Assembly (NCBI GenBank): GCA_013115125.1
Contig: JABANN010000081.1
Span: 58,609 to 78,608 of the forward strand
Length of the DNA: 20,000 bases
Direction: 5' to 3'
Source of the DNA: Perkinsus olseni
Taxonomy: Eukaryota
The notes beneath the pieces are model-generated. The model saw only the letters and a program-made list of their open reading frames with translations, was not told the DNA's origin and searched no databases. Below, piece by piece: positions 1 to 9,429 of this stretch (the first letter of the stretch is position 1; each line of letters opens with the position of its first letter). The translations under genes were made by a program, and so were the position numbers.

Positions 1-77
1 CTCACTAGGGAGCACAACTCCTAATCATCACAAGATAAACTCTCTTGATACATCGGGAAATGCCAGATAAGTGAGCG

Positions 78-99
78 CTATTAACTCAGTATTACTGAG
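78..99. repeat. 22-bp triple inverted-repeat lesion (degenerate)
   Basis: c-tattaa-c-tcagta-t-tactga-g; intact paralog has only ctactgag (+14 nt). Confidence 0.8.
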
Positions 100-122
100 C
101 ATTATAAATTACTTCTCAGTCA

Positions 123-144
123 CTCGAGCTGCTCGACTCGAGCA
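123..144. repeat. 22-bp triple inverted-repeat lesion
   Basis: c-tcgagc-t-gctcga-c-tcgagc-a; intact paralog has ctcgagga (+14 nt). Confidence 0.85.
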
Positions 145-171
145 GTACCAGACTACACGCCCCCTGAATGA

Positions 172-193
172 CTCCGCACTGCGGAATCCGCAG
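172..193. repeat. 22-bp triple inverted-repeat lesion
   Basis: c-tccgca-c-tgcgga-a-tccgca-g; intact paralog has ttccgcag (+14 nt). Confidence 0.9.
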
Positions 194-452
194 CACAGCG
201 ACCTGCAGGCTCCTTATCACAAAATCGCCCCACAAAGTCACCGTCCCAACAAGGAATCTCAACCCCGTATGTTGGCTCCGTCCTCAATTGCCATATCCCG
301 CTACCTCCCTACGGGGTGGGGACTCCATCGGAGTCAGTTGGAGGCACTCCAACTGAACGCTTCCGCTTCGTTCATCCGTGACAGCTTCTCTCGTAGAGCA
401 GCGAATACTGTTACCACCGTGCATCTCAAAATCTACTGTGGACACGGTCCAT

Positions 453-513
453 TGTGAGCCCCACCGGTACTCGGACCTTCCCGAGCCTGCATAAGTGTGA
501 GCCCCACCGGTAC
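453..513 (+). repeat. 18-bp direct repeat pair
   Basis: tgtgagccccaccggtac at 453-470 and 496-513. Confidence 0.8.
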
Positions 514-705
514 AAGTCGACATGAAGCGCGCTCGCAGGAACCCTTCTGCTGCTGATCGATTCCTAGAGTCTTCTGCTCCTTCCTCACATTCCTCTCAGG
601 CATTCTGTTCGGCCTCACACGTCGCCGCTAAACGAGCCGGGCTCGTTGTCATGGTAATACAGTCGGACCGAGCCACAAACAGTTCGATGTTATATCATGT
701 TATGC

Positions 706-727
706 TGTCCGGCCCGGACAGTCCGGA
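706..727. repeat. 22-bp triple inverted-repeat lesion
   Basis: t-gtccgg-c-ccggac-a-gtccgg-a. Confidence 0.85.
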
Positions 728-1481
728 AAAGCAATACAGTTGCAACCAACAAATTATTGCTAAGTTACTGTAGCAATGCTAACAATCATGCTGAGTGAGT
801 CGTCATGTAGCTCATGAGGATAGTAATCAAATAGAATCAAGCGGCGAGTGAACAGGTGTCCGGCTGTACCCAAACTTGATCCGTTGCCATGTATTAGCGT
901 TCATGCATCATCCGCTCACCGCGTTTTCTCACTGCGGCACAACTTTTGGTTTTCCGCCTCTGTTTTGTACGAGGCCCACCATTGAATATTTGCTGTAAAA
1001 AATAATAATAAATAGCAACAGCTGGAGCAACCGTCGGAGGACTGGCGACTGGGACGGTGACCGCGAGGATGGAGGAAGATGCAGATGAAGTCGGTCGAAG
1101 CCTTAGAGCAGGAAGACGTGATGACTAATTCATGTATTGCTCGTTATTAAGGAACGTTTCAATCTGTTTTCTCACTGCGCCACATAACTTCATCCCCGCG
1201 TTATCCGCTCCCTCGCCGGGCTGCAGGACCGGGTTTTCCCGCTCCTTCAGCCCCCCCCCCCACCCCCAGTCCAGCCGGCACTGCTGGAAATGAACACACA
1301 GACTGTGGCAATCCTCACAAATAAAAAAAGTTGCGCTGCGCAATAATGCACCAAAAACCACCAACGCACGAAGCCCTTGATTTGCGCATCTTCATTTTGG
1401 CTCGCCTGCAAGCCGCGACCGCGATGCCATCCCAAGCACTGGAGAGTTCTCTGCCATAGTCTTGTCTCAGCGGCATCTCGA

Positions 1482-2003
1482 ATGACTACCCTTCTCATCT
1501 TCATTGCTCTCCTCCTCGGAGCTCATGCCGGTATCTTCGACGGGTACACTCTTCCGGGAGATGAAGACTATTGGGCATCCGATGACACCCTCCCCAACTC
1601 CACTACGGCCCTCACCACGACCCCAGCCTCCACCTACGTGGCCGCCTCTACGGAACCCTTCCTCCAGCAGCTACTCAAGCTGGACATTCCGGTGAACCGC
1701 GGAGTCCCTACAACGGTCGAGCCCCTGTCACTGGAGAAGCTGGAAGCTCTGGACATCCGACCCTTCCGTGGGTTCACCACAAGGCCTCTCACAACAACCA
1801 GCCCGATGCCTCCTACCACAAAGTCGGTGCTAGAGCACCTACTCGAGTTGAGAATCCCCATCCATGGGGACATCTCGCCGGGATCTGACAACACGACTGC
1901 TCCTCCCCCGGGGAACCTGCGAGCAGGTGGTCTAACCAGTCACAGCGGCGCCGTATCGGTTTGCTTGCTACTGGTAGGGTTAACAGTTGAGACAGTCTTC
2001 TGA
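1482..2003 (+). CDS. Secreted, probably GPI-anchored Thr/Pro-rich (mucin-like) surface protein, 173 aa
   Basis: ATG 1482 opens a signal peptide (MTTLLIFIALLLGAHAG). T/S/P-rich linkers, three LxxLxxL(D/R)I(P/R) repeats and a hydrophobic C-terminus (AVSVCLLLVGLTVETVF). Paralog at 10677. Confidence 0.8.
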   Translation: MTTLLIFIALLLGAHAGIFDGYTLPGDEDYWASDDTLPNSTTALTTTPASTYVAASTEPFLQQLLKLDIPVNRGVPTTVEPLSLEKLEALDIRPFRGFTTRPLTTTSPMPPTTKSVLEHLLELRIPIHGDISPGSDNTTAPPPGNLRAGGLTSHSGAVSVCLLLVGLTVETVF

Positions 2004-2179
2004 GCGCAGCTTAGAGAAGGATGGCCGGTAAGCCCACGTGGCTGCCGGCGGCTATAGTACTATTATTTTTACGACTATAGTACTATTACTAATTAGTTAT
2101 GACCCATTGATTTAATACTATATTTTTTGTTGCCCAGTGAAGTAACCTGCTGAGTTGAAGTAACTCCCATAAAACTCGG

Positions 2180-2201
2180 GAGTAGAATCTACTCAGTAGA
2201 T
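2180..2201. repeat. 22-bp triple inverted-repeat lesion (perfect)
   Basis: g-agtaga-a-tctact-c-agtaga-t. Confidence 0.9.
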
Positions 2202-2259
2202 TAGAGGGATGTCATTTCTGGGGTGGGAGCCATAAGAGCCAACATGATGGCGAATCTAT

Positions 2260-2854
2260 CGGGGTGTTCAGAGAACCTATTCTGAAATTCAGAATAGATT
2301 CCAGAATGCAAAACACCAAAATCGCGTTCAGAGAACTGGCCCCGAAATGCATTCTGGAAAGTGTTCCAGAATGGATTCCGAACGCGTTCAGTAGACTTAA
2401 GATTGTATTCCGAAACGTATTCCAGAAGGCGAAATTTGGGTATGAGAAAATCGTTTTCTGAGCGAATATTTTACGGCGCGTAGCTTTTCGTGGCGCGTGA
2501 ACGTTCTACCCGACTTCATGATACGTCCTGCGCAAGGATCGAACTCGCGGTCTTGCGGATAGGGGCTGCGCGCTTTACCGCTAGGCCATTCGACTGGATT
2601 TCAGCGGCGACGCCTGTCAGGGGGCCAGGCGCTTGTACGCTAGCGGAGGTTGCGCATGAAACGTTTCCAGAATCCATTCTAAGATTGCGTTCTGAGAATG
2701 CGATCCGTTGAACACGTTTCGGAATCGATTCTGGAACATATTCCGAGATATTTGAGAATGGAATCCTCTGAACACGATTCGAGAATCAATTCTGAGAATC
2801 GATTCTAAGAATACTTTCTGGAATTGATTCCGGCTGATTTTTCTGAACACCCCG
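2260..2854. mobile_element. Non-autonomous TIR DNA transposon (MITE), Tc1/mariner-like ends
   Basis: TIRs cggggtgttcaga (2260-2272) / tctgaacaccccg (2842-2854), with 'tat' on both sides. Both arms are arrays of ~12-13 bp GAATnnATTC-like motifs. The paralogous locus at ~11.4 kb lacks it. Confidence 0.85.
2525..2594 (-). pseudogene. tRNA-derived sequence with Pol III A/B boxes inside the MITE
   Basis: Minus strand GTCGAATGGCCTAGCGGTAAAGCG...GCGAG-TTCGATC-CTTGC: A box TGGCCTAGCGG, B box GTTCGATCC, T-arm pairs. Acceptor and anticodon stems are degenerate (loop CCCCTAT, possibly Arg-CCT origin). Confidence 0.75.
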
Positions 2855-2992
2855 TATGTGTGCGCAAGATACAGTAGCGCACGCCCTAAATTCAGTAGGT
2901 CCACCAATTCAAATTGAAGGACGAGCGATAGTCGGCGACCATCAATCCTTCGAGGCTTGATAGTCATCAGTAGATCTCTAGTCATCTGTGCC

Positions 2993-3016
2993 GTCTGTAG
3001 GTCTGTAGGTCTGTAG
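2993..3016 (+). repeat. Tandem repeat (gtctgtag)x3
   Basis: Seen directly. Confidence 0.8.
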
Positions 3017-3679
3017 ATAGCTCCCGATCCCGAGCATTGTCTTCGAGATAGAGAGCTACCTGCAGGACTCAACAGCCCGCAGCTCTCAACTGATAAATGG
3101 CAGAACCGCGTTTTAAGAACACCGATAGACTGCTCGCAGAGGCCTGCTGCAGTCCTGTAACAATTCTCAGGTCACAATACAAGTTGTGTTCTGTTGTGTT
3201 GTGTCACACAACGAGTGACGAGCAGCAGCAAAGGAAATCCAACGAACCGCGTAGACCGGCACGATGGCAGCATTATAGAAACTGAGCAAGCAACTGACTT
3301 CACGAATCGTCGAGCATTCACGAATCGCGCAATAAGCGAATGCTCAAGTTCAGGCTTGAACTGCTCAGGCAGAACAGACGAGCGAAGTGGCAAGGCGTCG
3401 GACTTATTCTTCGCCTACATCCATCTTCTGAGGAGAAGATGAATAGAAGATGCTCCCTTCTCACCGCCAGCCCTACAAGCATCACACCCAGGATAATTCC
3501 GGCATTCATGGCCTATGCCAGTAACAAGATTCATCTCAAGAAACAGTACGAGTGCTCGAGATACGGCTGCTTCACTGTGAAGCCTTCACACAAGCAAAAC
3601 AAGGCCGGCGGTACGACCTGGAGCTAAATGCATGGTGCCGCCCTGATGGTGGTGGAGCGCCATTGCATGCCGCTGGTCA

Positions 3680-3701
3680 ACGATTTTTAATCGTCGATTA
3701 A
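3680..3701. repeat. 22-bp triple inverted-repeat lesion
   Basis: a-cgattt-t-taatcg-t-cgatta-a. Confidence 0.8.
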
Positions 3702-3802
3702 CCGCCGCGGTGGGTCAAATTACTGGCCTTCCCCACTGGTACCGAGTAAAAGATGTAAATCACGATGGATATCAACTCCGCTGCTGCATCAGCTTACAAT
3801 TC

Positions 3803-3840
3803 GACTCACGGTGAGCCACCCACTACTAGTGAGTCACTAG
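3803..3840. repeat. Two overlapping 22-bp triple inverted-repeat lesions
   Basis: g-actcac-g-gtgagc-c-acccac-t (3803-3824) and c-ccacta-c-tagtga-g-tcacta-g (3819-3840). Confidence 0.75.
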
Positions 3841-3933
3841 ATAACACAAATCCTGATCATTATTAGATGAAATCTATTAATCTGTCGAAAAATGCCAAAT
3901 AAGTGAGCGCTACTGAGCATTATCAATTACTAC

Positions 3934-5388
3934 TCAGTCACTCGAGGAGTACCAGACTACACGCCCTCTGCTGAATGATTCCGCAGCACAGCGACCTGTT
4001 GGCCCCTCATCGCAGAATGACTCCACAAAGCCGCCGTCCCAACAAGGAATCTCCACCCCAGATGTTGGCTCCGTCCTCAACTGCCATATCCGCCCTCCAG
4101 CTTCGAGCAGCCTTCTAAATCCAACCCACAATTCATGTTCGTGTGCCACGCCGGTGCCATGCACTGGGCAGCGGAACTCTACACCGCCATCCCAGAGCAG
4201 GCGGATTCTTCCACTGAAGAGGCCGTGCATGAATGCTGCTCTTTCCGGTGTAACTGGAGTGTACCCCAAGCCGAGGCGGGTAATATTCGGACAGGTCTCA
4301 AGTAGACTGAAGAGCATATCCTCGGTAATGTTCCATTCACCCAGACCCAATACACTCAAAGGAGCCGGGCTGATGGTCTTGAGACCGTCGAAAAAGGACA
4401 TAAGATACTCATCGCTTGATCCCGTGGGTCCAGAGAAGTCAACGCATCGCATGCGGGGATTCGATCCCACCCAGCGGAACATATCATTGACTTCCTCGAC
4501 GGGAGCTTCGAAATATGGGCGGATCATTTCCAGGTTGCAGAGGTTGGCACAAGAAGTTAATCCATTGTAAAAGAAGCCGGCTCTGATGATGCCTCCCGAG
4601 AGACAGAGGACATTTAGGCTTGAAGGAAACGGATAGACTATCACCCCGTGATAATCCGAAGTTGCCGTCGATGATAAGTGCAACTCTTTCAGAATACAGC
4701 ACCTCTCGATTGACTTGCGTAACTGTTCGATGTCGGTCGACCGTGTATTCTTCTCAAAGTGAACGCTCAAGCCCAACTCCACCAGCGGCTCATGGGCTTG
4801 GCCACAGACAACCTTCAGGCGAGCCAGAGGAGCTTTAGTTCTCTCGAGGCGAAGGACTCTCCACGGCTTCAATCTTGCTCCACCATCCAACCAACCCTTA
4901 CCGGTGACGGAGAGCCACACCACCAACAGCTCTGTGAGGTTCGGCAGACTGCCACAGCACAGCGACAGATCATCATCTTTGATACCGGGATGGTACGACA
5001 AGTCGAGTCGGACCAATTTCGGCAAGCTGTCCCACAGTCGCCCATTCAGGCGGAGACAGCGTGTCGCCAAAGTCCTCAAATTGGGAGCAGCACCATTCTC
5101 GAGAGCCTCTTGGAGTTCATCCCCGTCGTCCTCCGTCGGTGCGTTAAGCTCCCCCGCGTACCTTCCATACGTCTTCATGATGGCACTCAAGCGTTTCTGC
5201 CGAGGCATCGTTATCTTCAATATCCCATAGCCAGTCCTAGCTCCCTCATGAAGTAAATAGTCCAGCACAGCCCTTCTCCAACTGCTGCACACTGACGCCA
5301 TTCGGACAGCGCTGGTGACATCAGAGATGAGCCAAGGGAGGATGTGCTCGAGGATAAGGCCATCAATGGAAGGGGAGATTGGAAGCAT
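3934..5388 (-). CDS. F-box/leucine-rich-repeat protein, 484 aa
   Basis: Uninterrupted ORF with an N-terminal F-box-like segment (LILEHILPWL...RMASVCSSWRRA) followed by LRR motifs (LPKLVRLDLSYHPGIKDDDL, CPNITRLGLGYT). Confidence 0.8.
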   Translation of the reverse strand: MLPISPSIDGLILEHILPWLISDVTSAVRMASVCSSWRRAVLDYLLHEGARTGYGILKITMPRQKRLSAIMKTYGRYAGELNAPTEDDGDELQEALENGAAPNLRTLATRCLRLNGRLWDSLPKLVRLDLSYHPGIKDDDLSLCCGSLPNLTELLVVWLSVTGKGWLDGGARLKPWRVLRLERTKAPLARLKVVCGQAHEPLVELGLSVHFEKNTRSTDIEQLRKSIERCCILKELHLSSTATSDYHGVIVYPFPSSLNVLCLSGGIIRAGFFYNGLTSCANLCNLEMIRPYFEAPVEEVNDMFRWVGSNPRMRCVDFSGPTGSSDEYLMSFFDGLKTISPAPLSVLGLGEWNITEDMLFSLLETCPNITRLGLGYTPVTPERAAFMHGLFSGRIRLLWDGGVEFRCPVHGTGVAHEHELWVGFRRLLEAGGRIWQLRTEPTSGVEIPCWDGGFVESFCDEGPTGRCAAESFSRGRVVWYSSSD

Positions 5389-5973
5389 CTAGAAGATACT
5401 GAAGGCAGACTCAGGACGATTTCAACAGCTGCTTGCAGCTACATGTTCGACCATGAGAGCTTCTCACTGATAAGTATCGAGCTACTAAGGCCGACGAAGA
5501 AGTGGTTCAATAGAGGCAAAATATTCGCGTGTCGAACGCCGGTTCCGACTCAGTTAGACTCTTGCCGATGTGCTTGGTCGGGGGCGCTATGTAGCATTGA
5601 TGAATCATCGATGATGATGAGCTTGGTGTCGACCTCCCCCCGACCATTAGCCATCGAGAGCCCTCATCATCTCGCACTTTTCACGGGCAGGCTCACGAAC
5701 GATTCACACTATGGGATGTCCGCGACATATGAATGCCGTTCTCTTCATTAACTGCGATAGCCACAAGCTGAATAGCGAAAGTCAAATTCCTCCCTCGACC
5801 ACCTCATGATTAACGAAACTCTGTCCAACTCCAGGGAGACATTCAGCATACGAGGTTCTCCTTTGGACCCTCGAAACTCTTATAAATCAAGGAACTTGAA
5901 ATAACTGATGATGTGCTACAGCAGTCCTTGCATGAGGCACACAAGCAACTTGTGCTCTCAAGAGGTGCAGGAG

Positions 5974-8628
5974 CTATCCCTGACTCGCTGAGTGACTCAG
6001 TGCTCTCGATCTCGGATGCGAGATTGAAGGGGACGTTGACCGAGGGATCATTTCAACAGGCACATGGCATCCGAACAGCCTCGTCTCCAAGACAGTCCAC
6101 TGCTCAGAAAACAACTTCAAAGCATACATCAGGAAGAATGCTCTCGCTCCGCCAGAGTCGAGCTTCTCGCTCAGAGGCTCGCTCCAATCCTTCGCCTCAT
6201 CAAGATCTGCTTTCCGAGCAGCAAAGAACGCGTCAAAGCATTTCTGGACAGCCACATTGACGTCCTCGTTGAATGTTATGTGGCGAGACCTCGTATCATT
6301 TCTGATCTCATCAACAACACGCATTCTCGCTAACGTCAACGCAGCTTCCATTTCCTTCAACGGCGGGAGAACTTTCGATAGCAAACCATCTTCTCTATCC
6401 TTGGGAGACAAAGCAGTCTTCACTAGCGCGTTGTGCAGAATTATAGCGCATCTATTCATCTTGCTGATCTCTACCTCGGAGTGAATCATGCTCTCCACCA
6501 GGCGAGGAGTGATGCCGACAGGACCATACACCAACACTTCAGCTCGACTGTCGTTCAGAAGCGATAACCGTTCTCCCAGCAGCTTGAAACTGAGAGCGCT
6601 AAACTCGGCGCGATTATCTTCCACTTCGCCCTCAGGGCGAGTGTAGACGTCAATTAGCTGAGCCACCGCCTTCTCGACCTCTCTGGTGGAGTTCTCAATC
6701 GCGAATGCTGATGATAACCGTAAGCGGTAGGATGCATATGACGGGACAACCACACAAGAGAATATACTCCCAAAGATGACACCGCCCAGGGTCAAAGCGG
6801 ACCGCCACGCTGAGGCGATGAGCATATCCTCGAGCTCATCGTCGTACATTGTGAAAGAAAGGCCCATGCAAACGACGGTCCAGGTGAGAAACGTCACAAG
6901 AGAGGCATAACCAATCGCCTCACTAGACAGCTGAATCAGCTTACAGAAGAAGGATATAATGAGCATCTCGACCACCATAGACGATACACTGTGAGCATTG
7001 ACCCATAAGCAGAGCATGCCGATCATACATCCGAGAACAGTACCGATAAATCGGTGTGTGCCACGGACTAAGGTCGCGCCCGCGGTGGGCAGCGAGGCTA
7101 CTTGTACGCCCAAGATGCACCACAAGGATCGAGCTTTCAATAATGGTAAGTATAGGGCACCCGCACGTAACAGTAGTGAGCCAACCGTGATTGATAGCGT
7201 ATACCGCACCGAGAACTTCATCTTATGCCATATGCTGGGGTCCTCCTCCAGACCAATAAAGAAAGGCTTCTTCCACCAGTCATTGAGGAAGTCTGCGAGC
7301 TCGTAGATAGGGCCAAACAGCAGCTCCATAATAGGAAGCTGAAAAGAATCAAACATCCAAAGCAGCTCGAACGTAGCAGACTGATGGGCAGAGAACTCGG
7401 ATAATGATGTCGAGGAGAGCTCAACGCTGCGTGGTACGCTCATCGGCTCACCCTCTCTTTCTTCCTCCATTGAGATCGCAGCTTCGTGAGAGCATCGTGA
7501 AAGGCTTGCACCTCTGATGCGAAGTACAGCATATTCCCTATACCAAATCTAAACCGCATCAGCTCATCATAGTCCGAAAAACTGCTGCCTAGTAGTTCTT
7601 CGCATGCCAGTTGATTCTTCAAAACTTTCTCGAAACATTTCCGTGAGAGATCCCCAACATTGTCATTCTCCACAGTAGCCGGAGTGTTGTTGTCAAAGCT
7701 GCCTCTGAGCATAACCGCGGCCTCTGACCTCAAGTCCAGAATATCTACGGCAAGCGGACGCCAGAGCAGATCGATTAGAGTATCGTCGAACGGACCACCG
7801 GAGATCGCCTCCTTTATAGAGATTAGGAATCCAATCATACGCCACATCGTATTCTTCAACTCAGGTGGTATGGGGAGAGCTGACATCTCACGACATTGCT
7901 CAACCAGCTGAGCATACGTTTGATCAATAAGAGCAGGATGCTTGTTAGCAGACGTGAAGAAGGTACAAAATACATCGTAAACCTCGGCCACAGTCGCAGC
8001 GAAAGTTTCAAGTCTCGAAGGGCCGCCTCTCGGAAGAGCATTGAATGCACTCAAAATTCGCATAATCACCATCGCCACAACGGCCCCGTACGTACTCGCA
8101 GTTGTAAAAACGAGCCCATCCAAATAGGGGTGAAAAACATAGAAGGCCACAGGAGAACAGTTCATGATCAGTGCCGCTTCAGCTAACCACAGCTCTCTCA
8201 GTTTGCACGGCGAGGCTCGGTGACCCATACAAATAAACAACGTAAATGGTATATTCAGAACAATACTCCACAGCCTATGATACTCATTAGCCGGGAGCAG
8301 GGCTGCGATTATCGTGTGGACGAGAGCACCTAGGCCGTAACCCAGCCACGCACCACAGATGACTTTTAGAGAGAATCGACGACAGGGTTCATAGCTGAGT
8401 TGAACGGCGAAGACGGCCCAGATGGGGGCAATCGCCTGAACAGCGAGCATCAAGTCTACGGTAGTGTCATGTCATACTCACCAAGTAGTATTCATACCAA
8501 GGGTGATGGTACGACATAACAATGAAGGGGATGGCGGCTATGCCACATACAATCGACGCCAATATCGCGCAGTGGACAACCGATGAGGGGATGGTTGCTG
8601 GACGAGTTACTTGGTGACGCTTAAGCAT
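5974..8628 (-). CDS. ALMT/FUSC (aromatic acid exporter-like) multi-pass membrane protein, ~831 aa, 3 exons
   Basis: Exons 8482-8628, 7452-8435 and 5974-7338 joined by phase-0 GT-AG introns (46 and 113 nt). Motif WCILGVQVASLPTAGATLVRGTHRFIGTVLG is typical of ALMT/FUSC. Two hydrophobic clusters. Confidence 0.8.
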
Positions 8629-9112
8629 ACTCTGGCAAGTGGAAAGGAGCTCTCTACGGGAATACTACACCGAAAGCTCGAGCCGCTGTGCTCGTCGAAC
8701 ACACGTAAGACAACAAGCTGATCATTATATCACCAAACTAGAAGCGCAACACGGTGACGGCTTTAATGAGGAAGCTCTCTGCACTCATGTCACAGCACAG
8801 CTGCATATCAACGATCAGTAGCAGCGGTCTCGAGGAGCTGCCTCCGATCACCTAAGGATGAAATACCGTACGCGCCGGTAAACTTCAGCTGGCAGTAAGG
8901 GGCAGTTGGCCCGGGCCCACCGATGGCCGAGTTTTGGCCGAACCTAGGGGTGTCCCGAGCCGTCATTCCCTGGGCACTACCTGAACGCGTTCCGTCAACC
9001 AGGATGATTCAGGATTTCGATGACCCGCTTATCATATTTTGATGCTCATAGGTCTCTCGTTATTCATTCTCAGTTCCTACAAAAGGGAAAGTTCGACCCC
9101 TCGACACTCGAG

Positions 9113-9134
9113 CTTTAACGGTTGAAGTTCAACC
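9113..9134. repeat. 22-bp triple inverted-repeat lesion
   Basis: c-tttaac-g-gttgaa-g-ttcaac-c. Confidence 0.85.
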
Positions 9135-9220
9135 ACAACGCGAGATGGACGCTACGCTGTGGAAGTGCAAGCACGAAGCACGGGAATGGCCATGACGCAG
9201 ATGAGACCTACAAACCAACA

Positions 9221-9293
9221 GCCTCGGTAGCTCAGTCGGTAGAGCGCGTGCCTTTTAAGCCCGTGGTCGTGGGTTCGAGCCCCGCCCGAGGTG
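9221..9293 (+). tRNA. tRNA-Lys (anticodon TTT)
   Basis: Acceptor GCCTCGG/CCGAGGT, D-arm GCTC..GAGC, loop CTTTTAA, T-arm GTGGG-TTCGAGC-CCCGC. One T:C mismatch in the anticodon stem. Confidence 0.88.
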
Positions 9294-9429
9294 GATGACC
9301 TATAACTCAATTGAGTAAGTCTATGAAGATGTACTTGACGTACTCCTCCGCCTCATCGCCCCCGCGCAACACTCTCCCACATCAGCTCCTCTCGGACCGC
9401 TGGACTGGGGCGGGTTGCTTCTTTGGTGA

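Larger units (their letters stand above)
1..299 (-). pseudogene. Decayed, 5'-truncated copy of the C-terminus and 3' flank of the F-box/LRR gene
   Basis: 1-299 aligns with ~3833-4092. The minus strand reads IWQLRTEPTYGVEIPCWDGDFVGRFCDKEPAGRCAA vs intact IWQLRTEPTSGVEIPCWDGGFVESFCDEGPTGRCAA, then frameshifts at 14-nt insertions. Homology stops at ~299. Confidence 0.85.

Noticed and set aside
453-513. CRISPR-like repeat-spacer-repeat
   Set aside because: Only two 18-bp repeats, eukaryotic context, no cas genes.
1377-1481. N-terminal extension of the 208-aa ORF
   Set aside because: Non-ATG start; the signal peptide and paralog homology begin at ATG 1482.
2525-2594. Functional tRNA-Arg
   Set aside because: Acceptor and anticodon stems do not pair.
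2280-2830. Heat-shock element arrays (TTCnnGAA)
   Set aside because: Spacing is mostly GAA-N4-TTC, not contiguous nGAAn units; better explained as subterminal MITE repeats.
2264-3072. ORFs across the MITE as a transposase
   Set aside because: They are translations of the repeat arrays with no DDE or HTH motifs.
3198-3212. gttgtgt-c-acacaac hairpin as a footprint
   Set aside because: Low-complexity GT context and no third arm.
5981-6000. ctgagt-g-actcag as a footprint in coding sequence
   Set aside because: No third arm at period 7; compatible with chance.
7440-7470. Programmed frameshift or overlapping genes
   Set aside because: A canonical phase-0 intron explains the frame change.
4154-7911. 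Plus-strand ORFs opposite the F-box and ALMT genes
   Set aside because: Antisense shadows with no recognisable motifs.
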